Numbered from the stretch's first letter, positions 8,786-18,005 are shown. The stretch is DNA of 64,000 nt from Gemmatimonadota bacterium (GCA_039588295.1 JBDHAB010000007.1:64001-128000), one strand, 5' to 3'. Notes: generated from the letters alone by a model not told the origin. Translations and numbers: made by a program.

Positions 8786-10729
8786 ATGGGACAGACCGTC
8801 GTTGAGAAGATCGCCCAGCAGCACATGACAGCCGGTCCCGAGCGGTCGATCTGCACGGGAGACGTCGTGTCGCTTCGGCCTCGGTACGTGATGACCCATG
8901 ACAACACGGCCGCGGTGATGAAGAAGTTCCAATCCATTGGTGCGACGCGGATTTGGGATCCTCGGCAGCCGGTCTTCGCACTCGATCACGACATCCAGAA
9001 CACCTCGGAGACGAATCTCGCCAAGTATCGGGAGATCGAGGCGTTCGCGCGCGCGCACGGCGTCGACTTCTACCCGGCCGGGACGGGCATCGGACACCAG
9101 ATCGTCGTGGCTCGTGGGTATGCGGTACCGGGCGCGCTCGTCGTGGCGTCGGATTCCCATTCCAACATGTACGGCGCGGTTGGGGCCCTCGGGACACCGG
9201 TCGTCAGGACGGACGCTGCCGCCATCTGGGCGACCGGCGAATTCTGGTGGCAGATTCCCAGAACGGTACAGGTCGTGTTGCACGGTCACTTGCGCGATGG
9301 CGTGACAGGGAAGGATGTCATCATTACGCTGTGTGGACTCTACAACGACGAGGTACTGAACGCGGCGGTCGAGTTTGCAGGGCCGGCGATCGCGGGCCTC
9401 AGCATGGACGCGCGCATGACGATCGCCAACATGACCACCGAGTGGGGTGCGTTGGTCGGCTGGTTTCCAGTGGACGATGTGACCCTTCGGTACCTCGCTC
9501 GCCGCAAGGAGCTGCTGGACGCGCAAGGGGAGACACGGTATACGGACGAAGACCTGGCGCAGTGGCGCGAAGCGCCGCCAGCCCCCGATCCGGAAGCGGC
9601 GTACGCGGGGCGCATCGACCTGAACTTGTCCGACGTCAGTCCGCACGCGTCGGGCCCTGACAGTGTGCACGTGATGCGTTCCGTCGCGGATATCGAACAG
9701 GATCGGGTCGTGATACAGAAGGCCTATCTGGTCTCGTGTGTCAACAGTCGCGTCGAAGATCTGGAAGCCGCCGCGCGTGTGATGCGCGGGAAGCGCGTCG
9801 CCGATGGGGTCGAGTTCTATGTCTCGGCGGCGAGCCGCGAGGTGGAGGAAGCCGCGGCGGAATCCGATGCGTGGGGCGCGTTGTTGGAAGCGGGGGCGAG
9901 GCCGCTGCCCCCCGGCTGCGGCCCGTGTATCGGCTTGGGTGCCGGGCTGCTCGAGTCGGGTGAGGTCGGCATCTCCGCCACGAACCGCAACTTCAAGGGT
10001 CGCATGGGGTCGAGGGACGCCCGGTGCTATCTGGCCAGCCCGGAGGTGGTGGCCGCCTCAGCGGTCGCGGGATACATCACCGGGCCCCGTGCGTCCGACG
10101 GACGCCAACCGGAGCGCCGGTATGCCGAGCCGGCGACCGCAGCCTCCGCAGCCGAAGCGGTAAAGATCCAGGAGGGATTCCCGGAGCGAGTCTCCGGGCG
10201 GCTCGTCTTCGTGCCGCAGGACAGCCTCAATACCGACGGGATCTACGGCAAGGACTACACGTATCGCGAGGGCATGACACCGGGGGAAATGGCAGGTGTG
10301 GTCATGGAGAACTACGATCCCACGTTCTCCGAGCGGGTGCGGCCGGGAGACATCCTGGTGGGTGGCTGGAACTTCGGCACAGGGTCGTCGCGCGAACAGG
10401 CCGTGACGGCGCTCCAGGCGAAAGGGCTTCCGCTGGTGATCGCGGGAAGTTTCTCGCAGACGTACCTGCGCAACGCGTACAACAACGGGTATCCCTGCAT
10501 CGCGTGCGACGCGTTGGTGAGACGGTTGAAGGAGTTACTCACCGCTGCCGTCACCGCGCGCGAGCTCACCGTGATTCCAGGTGACGAACTGCTCGTAGAT
10601 TTCGCGCGGAGCACGTTGCGCTACCGCGATGAGGTATTCGCGTTTCCACCGTTGGGGGCCGTACCGCAATCGCTGGTCATCGCGGGTGGGATCGAGAATC
10701 AAATTCGGAACAAGCTGGGAGTGGGTTGA
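8786..10729 (+). CDS. lysF: Single-chain homoaconitase, fungal Lys4/LysF type (large and small subunits fused)
   Basis: MTHDN, LDHDIQN, YPAGTGIGHQ, ASDSHSNMYG, GTPVVRTDAAAIWATGEFWWQIP; Fe-S cysteines in SCVNSR and GCGPCIG; swivel domain NTDGIYG and NFGTGSSREQA. Confidence 0.85.
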   Translation: MGQTVVEKIAQQHMTAGPERSICTGDVVSLRPRYVMTHDNTAAVMKKFQSIGATRIWDPRQPVFALDHDIQNTSETNLAKYREIEAFARAHGVDFYPAGTGIGHQIVVARGYAVPGALVVASDSHSNMYGAVGALGTPVVRTDAAAIWATGEFWWQIPRTVQVVLHGHLRDGVTGKDVIITLCGLYNDEVLNAAVEFAGPAIAGLSMDARMTIANMTTEWGALVGWFPVDDVTLRYLARRKELLDAQGETRYTDEDLAQWREAPPAPDPEAAYAGRIDLNLSDVSPHASGPDSVHVMRSVADIEQDRVVIQKAYLVSCVNSRVEDLEAAARVMRGKRVADGVEFYVSAASREVEEAAAESDAWGALLEAGARPLPPGCGPCIGLGAGLLESGEVGISATNRNFKGRMGSRDARCYLASPEVVAASAVAGYITGPRASDGRQPERRYAEPATAASAAEAVKIQEGFPERVSGRLVFVPQDSLNTDGIYGKDYTYREGMTPGEMAGVVMENYDPTFSERVRPGDILVGGWNFGTGSSREQAVTALQAKGLPLVIAGSFSQTYLRNAYNNGYPCIACDALVRRLKELLTAAVTARELTVIPGDELLVDFARSTLRYRDEVFAFPPLGAVPQSLVIAGGIENQIRNKLGVG

Positions 10730-10777
10730 CCGTCGTAGCCGCTCTCGAGCGCTGAAGGTTGGGAGGAAGAGGCTGAA

Positions 10778-11965
10778 ATGGGGAAACACACCGTCGTGAC
10801 GATGCCGGGTGATGGGATCGGGGCCGTCGTGCTACCGGAGGCCATTCGGGTGCTTCAGGCAGTCGGGTTCGACGCGGACTATGTGCACGCCGACATCGGG
10901 TGGCAATTCTGGGTCACCGAGGCCAATCCGCTCCCGGAGCGCACGATCGATCTGCTGAAAGAACACAAGCTCGGTCTGTTTGGAGCGATCACCTCCAAGC
11001 CTAAAGCCGAAGCACGTGCGGAGCTGCGGCCGGAGCTGCGTGACGCCGGGTACGAGTATTTCAGCCCGATCGTGGGCATGCGGCAGATCTTCAATCTCGA
11101 CGTGTGCATTCGGCCCTGTCGCTCGTTCCCGGGTAACCCGCTCAATTTCGTGCGCCAGCAACCCGGTGGCGGTGCCGAGGAGCCCAAGGTCGATGCCGTG
11201 GTGTTCCGACAGAATACCGAGGGGCTCTACTGCGGCATCGAGTGGACCGACCCGCCGCAAGTGGTCCGCAATGCCCTCGGCATGCACCCGAAATACCGAC
11301 CGTTCGCGGACGTTCCGGGCGAGGAGTTGGCGCTGTCGGTCCGGATGTTCACCCGCAACGCCTGCCGACGGATCGTCCGCGCCGCGTTCGCATACGCGCA
11401 GCAGCACGGCTACCGGTCAGTGACGATCTGCGAGAAGCCGAACGTGTTGCGCGAAACCTCCGGGATGATGGAAGAGATTGCGCGGGACGTACAGCGGGAA
11501 TTCCCCGACATCCAACGTTGGTCGACCAACATCGACGCACAAATGATGTGGCTGACCAAGAATCCCGAAGACTATGGTGTGATCGTGGCGGGGAATCTGT
11601 TCGGCGACATCATCTCCGACGCCTTTGCCGGATTGGTTGGTGGCCTTGGCTTTGCGTGTTCGGGTAACATCGGCGATGACGTGGCCGTGTTCGAACCGAC
11701 CCACGGATCGGCGCCGAAGTATGCCGAGTTGGATCCACCCATCGTGAACCCCATCGCGATGACGTTGAGCGCGGCGATGCTGCTCGACCACGTGGGTGCC
11801 AGCGAGCAGGCCGGTCGTGTGCGGCAAGCCGTTGCGGCTGTCGTTCAACAGGGGCAGGTACGGACCTACGATATGTTGCGCCTGGCAGGCGGGCCGGAAG
11901 TGACGAAAGCCGGTGCCGCGACGACCGCGCAGATGACCGACGCGATCATCAGCGCGCTCGGATAG
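10778..11965 (+). CDS. Beta-hydroxyacid decarboxylating dehydrogenase, homoisocitrate-dehydrogenase-like
   Basis: PGDGIG, FGAITS...YFSPIVGMR, RQNTEGLY, KPNVL, NLFGDIISD, FEPTHGSAP, NPIAM. Confidence 0.85.
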   Translation: MGKHTVVTMPGDGIGAVVLPEAIRVLQAVGFDADYVHADIGWQFWVTEANPLPERTIDLLKEHKLGLFGAITSKPKAEARAELRPELRDAGYEYFSPIVGMRQIFNLDVCIRPCRSFPGNPLNFVRQQPGGGAEEPKVDAVVFRQNTEGLYCGIEWTDPPQVVRNALGMHPKYRPFADVPGEELALSVRMFTRNACRRIVRAAFAYAQQHGYRSVTICEKPNVLRETSGMMEEIARDVQREFPDIQRWSTNIDAQMMWLTKNPEDYGVIVAGNLFGDIISDAFAGLVGGLGFACSGNIGDDVAVFEPTHGSAPKYAELDPPIVNPIAMTLSAAMLLDHVGASEQAGRVRQAVAAVVQQGQVRTYDMLRLAGGPEVTKAGAATTAQMTDAIISALG

Positions 11966-11976
11966 GAGGACACGTC

Positions 11977-13197
11977 ATGACGGTCCGCGGTGTTGCGGGT
12001 CGAACGGGCGACGACGCGCGTTCTGATCTCCAGGTGACCGTGGAGCTCCGGCGGTCCGGCGGACTCGGAATCACGCTTGCCTCCAAGGTGGAGGCGCTAT
12101 ATGGACAGTCGATCGTCGAACTGACGGAGGGGCTGCTCTCGGAACTCGGAGTCGAGCACGCGGCGATTGCGATCGAGGATCAGGGTGCGTTGCCGTTTGT
12201 CATCGCCGCGCGTCTCGAGACAGCCGTGCGGCGTGCCGGCGCTCCGGCCCGCGGAGACGGTCGCCCACCGTGCACCGTCCCGCGGCGCGCGGCATCCCCA
12301 CAGGCGCGTGTTCGGCGCTCTCGGCTCTATCTGCCCGGCAACGAGCCCAAGTTCCTCGTCAACGCCGGTCTGCACCGGCCCGATGCGGTGATTCTCGATC
12401 TCGAAGATTCAGTCCATCCGGCGGAGAAGGACGCCGCGCGCATCTTGGTGCGGAATGCGCTTCGCTGTGTCGACTTCCTGGGTGCCGAGCGGATGGTGCG
12501 GATCAATCAACTGCCCGCCGGGCTCGAGGATCTTGAAATGGTCGTCCCTGAGCACCCTGACCTCGTGCTCATTCCCAAGACCGAGCGACCGGACGCGGTG
12601 CGCCGTGTGCATGAGCAGATTCGCACCATTCAGGATCGGGAGAAGGACGCCGACCCGATTTGGCTGATGCCGATTCTCGAGTCGGCGTTGGGCGTGGAGC
12701 ATGCGTTCGACATCGCCCGAGCGGTGGACTCGGTCGCCGCACTCACCATTGGTCTCGAGGACTACACGGCCGATCTCGGGGTCGCGAAGACTCGGCATGG
12801 CGAGGAGTCGCTCTTTGCGCGCATGCGGCTCGTGAACGCGGCGCGCGCGGCGGGGGTGCAGGCGATCGACTCGGTGTACGGCGATATTGCTGATGTCGAC
12901 GGGCTCGCGGCGTGGGGCGCGCGCTCGCGTGCCCTGGGGTTTGACGGCATGGGGTGCGTTCATCCGCGGCAGATCGACGTGGTCCACCAGGCGTTTGCAC
13001 CGCCGCAGGCGGAGCTCGACAAGGCGTTGCAGATCGTTGCCGCCTTCGAGCAGGCGCAGGCACAGGGACTGGCGGTCGTGAGCCTTGGCACGCGCATGAT
13101 CGATCCTCCGGTGGTGTTGCGGGCGCAGCGGCTCGTGGATCGAGCGCGTCGATCCGGACTGCTCCCCGAAACGGCTGATCGCGGGGGGGCGCCATGA
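11977..13197 (+). CDS. citE: Citrate-lyase ACP (CitD-like) fused to citryl-CoA lyase (CitE/HpcH family)
   Basis: N-terminal ~90 aa with SKVEALYG...EDQGALPFVIAARLETAV (CitD pattern), then RRSRLYLPGN, ILDLEDSV, VRIN, IPK, ILESALG, GLEDYTAD, CVHPRQ, MIDPPV. Confidence 0.85.
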   Translation: MTVRGVAGRTGDDARSDLQVTVELRRSGGLGITLASKVEALYGQSIVELTEGLLSELGVEHAAIAIEDQGALPFVIAARLETAVRRAGAPARGDGRPPCTVPRRAASPQARVRRSRLYLPGNEPKFLVNAGLHRPDAVILDLEDSVHPAEKDAARILVRNALRCVDFLGAERMVRINQLPAGLEDLEMVVPEHPDLVLIPKTERPDAVRRVHEQIRTIQDREKDADPIWLMPILESALGVEHAFDIARAVDSVAALTIGLEDYTADLGVAKTRHGEESLFARMRLVNAARAAGVQAIDSVYGDIADVDGLAAWGARSRALGFDGMGCVHPRQIDVVHQAFAPPQAELDKALQIVAAFEQAQAQGLAVVSLGTRMIDPPVVLRAQRLVDRARRSGLLPETADRGGAP

Positions 13198-14771
13198 GCG
13201 CCGTCGGCTTCGCATCCAATGATGCGGGGCGGCGCGTGCCCAAGGTCGTCAACGGACGGAAGCAGGCGCCCTACCAGGGGGTGGGTGGGTACGATCCGCA
13301 CGCCACGAAGTGCGCACCGCCGGTCCGTTCCTGCCGGGATTATCCGCTGAACGGAGACAAGTGTGTGTCGAGTCTTCGGGCCGCCCTCGAGCAGTGCGGT
13401 CTCGCAGACGGCATGGTGATCTCTACCCATCATCACTTGCGCAATGGGGACCGGGTGGCGGTTGCCGCGCTCGAGGCCGCCGCGGCGCTGGGCGTGAAGG
13501 ACCTCATGTGGTTCCCCAGTGCCTCCTTTCCTTGCCATGCACCGGTGATCGAGCTCATGGATCGCGGCGTGGTGCATCACATCGAAGGCAGCATGAACGG
13601 ACCGTTGGGCGACTACTGCTCTCGAGGCAAGATGCGCGGTCTAGGCGTTCTTCGGTCGCACGGTGGGCGCTGGCAGGCGATCCAGGACGGGGAGGTCAAG
13701 ATCGATGTCGCGGTCATTGCCGCGCCGACCGCCGACCCCTTCGGTAACGCCGACGGGTCGCACGGGCCCTCGGCGTGCGGCTCGTTGGGGTTCGCGTTGG
13801 CGGATTCGATCTACGCCGACCATGTGATCGTCGTGACCGACAACATCGTTCCGTTTCCCTGTGTGCCGTGGCAAATCCAGGGGAACAATGTCGACTGTGT
13901 GGTCCAAGTCGACTCGATTGGTGATCCCTCGAAGATCGTGTCCGGGACCACGCAGATTACCAAGAGTCCGGATCGTCTGTTGATTGCCGAGTACGTCGCG
14001 CGGTTCCTGCGCGACGTCGGCATTATGCGAGACGGATTCTCGTTTCAGGCCGGTGCTGGCGGTATTGCCCTCGCCTTCGTGCAGTTCCTGAAGGGAATGA
14101 TGCAACGGGCGGGCGTGAAGGCGCGTTTCGTGCGTGGTGGATCCACGCAATATCTCGTGGAGTTGCTGAACGAAGGCCTGGCGGACTACATCCTGGACGG
14201 TCAGACGTTCGACCTCGCGGGTGTCGCGTCGATCGCGTCGGATCCGCGCCATATCGCGACGTCGCCATTCACGTCCTACAATTACCACGGGAAGGGGAAC
14301 TTCGCGTCGATCGTCGACGCCGCCGTGCTTGGCGCTACCGAGGTCGACGTGAGCTTCAACGCGAACGTGGTGACCCACTCGGACGGTTTCCTGCTTCACG
14401 GGATCGGGGGATGGCAAAACTGCCTGTTCGCGGGGTGCACGATTCTGGCGGTGCCGGCGTTTCGCGACCGGATCCCCGTCATCGTGGATGAAGTCACGAC
14501 GCTGTGCGGGCCATCCCAATTGATCGACGTGGTTGTAACCGAGCGCGGAATCGCGATCAACCCGCGGCGGGCGGATTTGCTCGAGCGGGTGCAGGGGTCC
14601 GATCTCCCGATTCGACCGCTTGAGGAGATCAAGGACGAGGTCCAGGCTATTCTGGGTGGCCGCCCGGAGCAGCCACGCGTAACCGACCGACCTGTCGCCG
14701 TGATCAAGTGGGTCGACGGGACGGTGTTGGACACCGTGTGGCAGGTCGACACCGCGGATCGGAGAGGATGA
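13194..14771 (+). CDS. citF: Citrate lyase alpha subunit / CoA-transferase (CitF family)
   Basis: GLADGMVISTHHHLRNGD, RSHGGR, ACGSLG, SFQAGAGG, LGATEVD, GIGG, IDVVVTERGIAINPRR, DGTVLDTV; ATGA overlap with the upstream gene. Confidence 0.9.
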   Translation: MSAVGFASNDAGRRVPKVVNGRKQAPYQGVGGYDPHATKCAPPVRSCRDYPLNGDKCVSSLRAALEQCGLADGMVISTHHHLRNGDRVAVAALEAAAALGVKDLMWFPSASFPCHAPVIELMDRGVVHHIEGSMNGPLGDYCSRGKMRGLGVLRSHGGRWQAIQDGEVKIDVAVIAAPTADPFGNADGSHGPSACGSLGFALADSIYADHVIVVTDNIVPFPCVPWQIQGNNVDCVVQVDSIGDPSKIVSGTTQITKSPDRLLIAEYVARFLRDVGIMRDGFSFQAGAGGIALAFVQFLKGMMQRAGVKARFVRGGSTQYLVELLNEGLADYILDGQTFDLAGVASIASDPRHIATSPFTSYNYHGKGNFASIVDAAVLGATEVDVSFNANVVTHSDGFLLHGIGGWQNCLFAGCTILAVPAFRDRIPVIVDEVTTLCGPSQLIDVVVTERGIAINPRRADLLERVQGSDLPIRPLEEIKDEVQAILGGRPEQPRVTDRPVAVIKWVDGTVLDTVWQVDTADRRG

Positions 14772-14953
14772 CAATGCTCGAACTGCAGGAACGCCGCGAT
14801 GTATCGCCCGTGTGCCCGCACTGCGATCAAGCGATTGGTTTGCTGTGGTTTCAGTCGCTGGCGGGGATGTTGGGGCGCCGCTATGTGTACTTCTGCCCGA
14901 GCTGCCACCGGGTACTGGGTGTGTCCCATCGCAAGGGATTCTGGATGGGCTGA
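14768..14953 (+). CDS. Small (61 aa) Zn-ribbon protein
   Basis: CPHC...CPSC, ends SHRKGFWMG; ATG overlaps the citF stop (ATGA). Confidence 0.7.
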   Translation: MTMLELQERRDVSPVCPHCDQAIGLLWFQSLAGMLGRRYVYFCPSCHRVLGVSHRKGFWMG

Positions 14954-15083
14954 GCGAGTAGCTCGTCGCAGGCACTCCGCGGCTTCTTCCCGCCTTAAGG
15001 TGGGCTTCATCGCTTCTTCAAGTTCGGTTGCCTCTTTTCTACGTATCCGCGCGATGTGCCCGCCACTCAGGAGGAGGCTTACC

Positions 15084-16130
15084 ATGGCAGGGATCGTAGG
15101 CTACGGGGCGTTCGTTCCCCGCAACCGGATCACGTCGGAGGAGATCGCCCGGCAGTGGGGCAAGGATCCCGAAAGTATCCGTCGAGGTCTGCTCCTCGAA
15201 GAGAAGTCGGTGCCGGGGATCGACGAAGACACGATCACGATCTCCGTGGCGGCGGGCCGGGCGGCACTCGAGCGCGCGGGGGTCAACCCGCAGCGAGTCG
15301 GCGCCCTGTATATCGGGTCGGAATCCCATCCCTATGCCGTCAAGCCGAGCGGGACCGTTGTTGCGGAAGCCCTGGGGATCGGACCCGAGGTCCACATAGC
15401 CGACTTGGAGTTCGCGTGCAAGGCGGGCACGGAGGCCATGTTCGTTGCCTTCGGACTGGTGGAATCGGGGCGGGTGGAATACGCGATGGGTATCGGCGCC
15501 GACACCTCACAAGGCGCCCCGAACGATGCGTTGGAGTTCTCGGCATCGGCGGGCGGTGCGGCGTTTCTGTTCGGCGGGACGAACCTGCTCACCGAGGTGC
15601 TCGAAACGTACAGCTACACGTCCGACACGCCCGATTTCTGGAGACGTGAGGGTGAATTTTATCCGCGGCACAGCGGGCGTTTCACGGGGGAGCCGGCCTA
15701 CTTCAAGCATGTCACCGCCGCGACCCGCGGCATCTTAGAAAGGTCCGGGCTCCGCCCCCAAGACTTTCGTTACGTCGTGTTTCACATGCCCAACGGGAAG
15801 TTCCCACTCTCGGTGGGCAAGCAGCTCGGGTTCACGAAGGAGCAGCTCGAGGTGGGGTGGGTCGTTCCCACCATGGGCAATACGTACTCTGGCTCCTCGC
15901 CAACCGGGCTGGCGGCAATCCTGGACGTGGCGGCGCCTGGCGATCTGGTGCTCATCACGTCGTTCGGCTCCGGGGCGGGGAGCGACTCGTTCGTCCTCCG
16001 AGCCACCGAGCTCCTCCCCGAACGGCGCAGCCGCGCACCCACGGTGCGCTCGATGCTTGAAGGCAGGAGGCGATACCTCACGTACGGTGAGTACGCGAAG
16101 TATCGCGAGAAGATCTTGGTGAACGATTGA
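15084..16130 (+). CDS. Hydroxymethylglutaryl-CoA synthase, archaeal type
   Basis: GIVGYGAFVP, DEDTITI, GSESHPYAVKP, catalytic EFACKAGT, DTPDFWRR, RFTGEPAYF, FHMPNGKFP, GNTYSG, SFGSGAGSD; GGAGGAGG RBS. Confidence 0.9.
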   Translation: MAGIVGYGAFVPRNRITSEEIARQWGKDPESIRRGLLLEEKSVPGIDEDTITISVAAGRAALERAGVNPQRVGALYIGSESHPYAVKPSGTVVAEALGIGPEVHIADLEFACKAGTEAMFVAFGLVESGRVEYAMGIGADTSQGAPNDALEFSASAGGAAFLFGGTNLLTEVLETYSYTSDTPDFWRREGEFYPRHSGRFTGEPAYFKHVTAATRGILERSGLRPQDFRYVVFHMPNGKFPLSVGKQLGFTKEQLEVGWVVPTMGNTYSGSSPTGLAAILDVAAPGDLVLITSFGSGAGSDSFVLRATELLPERRSRAPTVRSMLEGRRRYLTYGEYAKYREKILVND

Positions 16131-16176
16131 TCCCGGCTCGCGAACCGCAGCCGACAGCTAACACGAGGAGGTGTGC

Positions 16177-17325
16177 ATGCGAGAGGTAGCGATCGTCGCG
16201 GCCGGGATGACCCGCTTCGGCGAGCTCTGGCAATCGAGCCTACGCGACCTCTTTGTCGAGGCGGCGTCCGAGGCACTGCGGAATGCCGGCACCGACCGAC
16301 TCGACGCGATCTACGTGGGCAACATGTCCGGCGGGCAGTTCGTGGGGCAGGAACATCTTGGCCCACTGATGGCGGATCATCTCGGGATGGCGGGGGTGGC
16401 GTCGACGCGTGTCGAGTCCGCCTGCGCCTCGGGAGGCGTGGCGCTCAGGACCGCGGTGCTCGAGGTGGCGTCCGGTATGAGTGACCTGGTGTTGGCAGCC
16501 GGAGTGGAGAAGATGAACGACGGCGTGGACGTGACTAACGTGCTCGCCACCGCCGCCGATCAGGAGACCGAAGTCTATCACGGTATCACGTTCCCTGGGC
16601 TCTACGCGATGATTGCCCGAGCCCACATGAAGGCATATGGGACCACCGAAGAGGATCTGGCCGCTGTCTCCGTAAAGAACCACCGCCACGGAGCGCTCAA
16701 TCCCAAGGCACAGTTCCAAACAGAGGTGACGCCAGAGCAGGTCATGCAGTCCTCGATGGTCGCCGAGCCGCTTCGGCTGCTGCACTGCTCGCCGGTGAGC
16801 GACGGTGCGGCCGCCGTCCTGGTGTGTTCGCTGGAGCGCGCGCGCGAGTTCACTGACAAGCCGGTGAAGATCAGGGGAAGTGGCCTGGCCACCGCCTCGA
16901 TGGCACTCGCCGATCGTCCTGACCCGGCGTTTCTGGATGCCGTGAGCCTCGCCGCCAGTCGTGCATACAAAGCCGCAGGTATCGGACCGGCCGATGTGCA
17001 GGTTGCCGAAGTCCATGACTGCTTCACCATTGCCGAATTGTGCGCGATAGAGGCGCTGTGTCTCACAGAGCGCGGAGCCGCGGGTGAAGCCACGCGTGCG
17101 GGCGAGACGGCGCTCGGGGGGCGCGTCCCCATCAACACGAGCGGAGGGCTCAAGTCGAAAGGCCACCCTGTTGGAGCGACGGGGGTGGCGCAGGCTATCG
17201 AGATCGTGGAGCAGCTACGGGGCGAGGCAGGTGATCGTCAGGTGGAGGGTGCTTCACTTGGCCTCTGTCAGAACATGGGCGGGTCGGGCGCAAGCTCGGT
17301 GGTCCACATCCTCGAGAGAGTCTAA
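16177..17325 (+). CDS. Acetyl-CoA acetyltransferase (archaeal/SCP2-type thiolase)
   Basis: [53 protein letters not shown]. Confidence 0.9.
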   Translation: MREVAIVAAGMTRFGELWQSSLRDLFVEAASEALRNAGTDRLDAIYVGNMSGGQFVGQEHLGPLMADHLGMAGVASTRVESACASGGVALRTAVLEVASGMSDLVLAAGVEKMNDGVDVTNVLATAADQETEVYHGITFPGLYAMIARAHMKAYGTTEEDLAAVSVKNHRHGALNPKAQFQTEVTPEQVMQSSMVAEPLRLLHCSPVSDGAAAVLVCSLERAREFTDKPVKIRGSGLATASMALADRPDPAFLDAVSLAASRAYKAAGIGPADVQVAEVHDCFTIAELCAIEALCLTERGAAGEATRAGETALGGRVPINTSGGLKSKGHPVGATGVAQAIEIVEQLRGEAGDRQVEGASLGLCQNMGGSGASSVVHILERV

Positions 17326-17327
17326 TC

Positions 17328-17720
17328 ATGCCGAGTCCGAGATACTGGAGAGAGATCCCGAATCGCTACCGACTCGAGGCGCGGCGCTGCGGCAGTTGCA
17401 GTCGTGTCGTGTTTCCGGCGCGTCGTATCTGTCCCGGCTGTGGTGGCAGCGAGTTCGAGACCATCGCGCTGTCGCACCGGGGAACGGTCGTGACATCGAC
17501 CGTCGTCCATGTCGCTCCCGCAGAGTTTCTGATGGAGGCTCCCTATGCCATCGCCGTGGTGGAGACTCCGGAGGGCGCGCGCCTCATGGTCCAGGTAACG
17601 GACTGCGATCCTGCGGAAGTGGAGCCCGGGACTGCAGTCGACTTGGAGTTCCGGAAGATCCGTCGTGAGGGAAACGGCGGCATCCTGTGCTACGGGTACA
17701 AAGGGGTGCCGGCTGGCTGA
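17328..17720 (+). CDS. DUF35 Zn-ribbon/OB-fold scaffold protein
   Basis: PRYWREIPNRYRL, CGSC...CPGC, PYAIAVVE, FRKI...YGYK; 2 nt after the thiolase. Confidence 0.9.
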   Translation: MPSPRYWREIPNRYRLEARRCGSCSRVVFPARRICPGCGGSEFETIALSHRGTVVTSTVVHVAPAEFLMEAPYAIAVVETPEGARLMVQVTDCDPAEVEPGTAVDLEFRKIRREGNGGILCYGYKGVPAG

Positions 17721-17755
17721 GCGATGCGCCGGCTGCTGCCGCCAGAGAGGTGCGT

Positions 17756-17932
17756 ATGCGGAGAGTCCAGGTTTGGGCAACAGTGAGCGAGGAGACGTAC
17801 CACGCGTATGAGGGTGAGGCCCGACGGCGTGGTGTGAATGTGGAAGCGCTGGTCGAGCAGACGGTCAACTGCCTGCTCCAAGAGCTCGAACGCGAGGAGA
17901 ACGAGGGGACGAGCTTCATCGTTCCATCCTGA
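17756..17932 (+). CDS. Small hypothetical protein, possible ribbon-helix-helix fold
   Basis: GAGG RBS; VQVWATVSEETYHAYEGEARRRGVNVEALVEQ (strand-helix-G-helix). Confidence 0.55.
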   Translation: MRRVQVWATVSEETYHAYEGEARRRGVNVEALVEQTVNCLLQELEREENEGTSFIVPS

Positions 17933-18005
17933 TGGTGGTGATCGGGCAAGGTGGGATGGCGGAGATCGTGAACCGATCATAGAATCGACGAGGGACGACC
18001 TGCGC

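Noticed and set aside
7340..11965. Standard methylcitrate cycle or leucine biosynthesis operon
   Set aside because: No prpB/prpC or leuA in the window; the motifs fit homoaconitase and HICDH rather than LeuC/LeuD/LeuB.
14768..14953. LysW carrier protein call
   Set aside because: Lacks the C-terminal EDWGE and acidic composition; no lysX/lysZ nearby.
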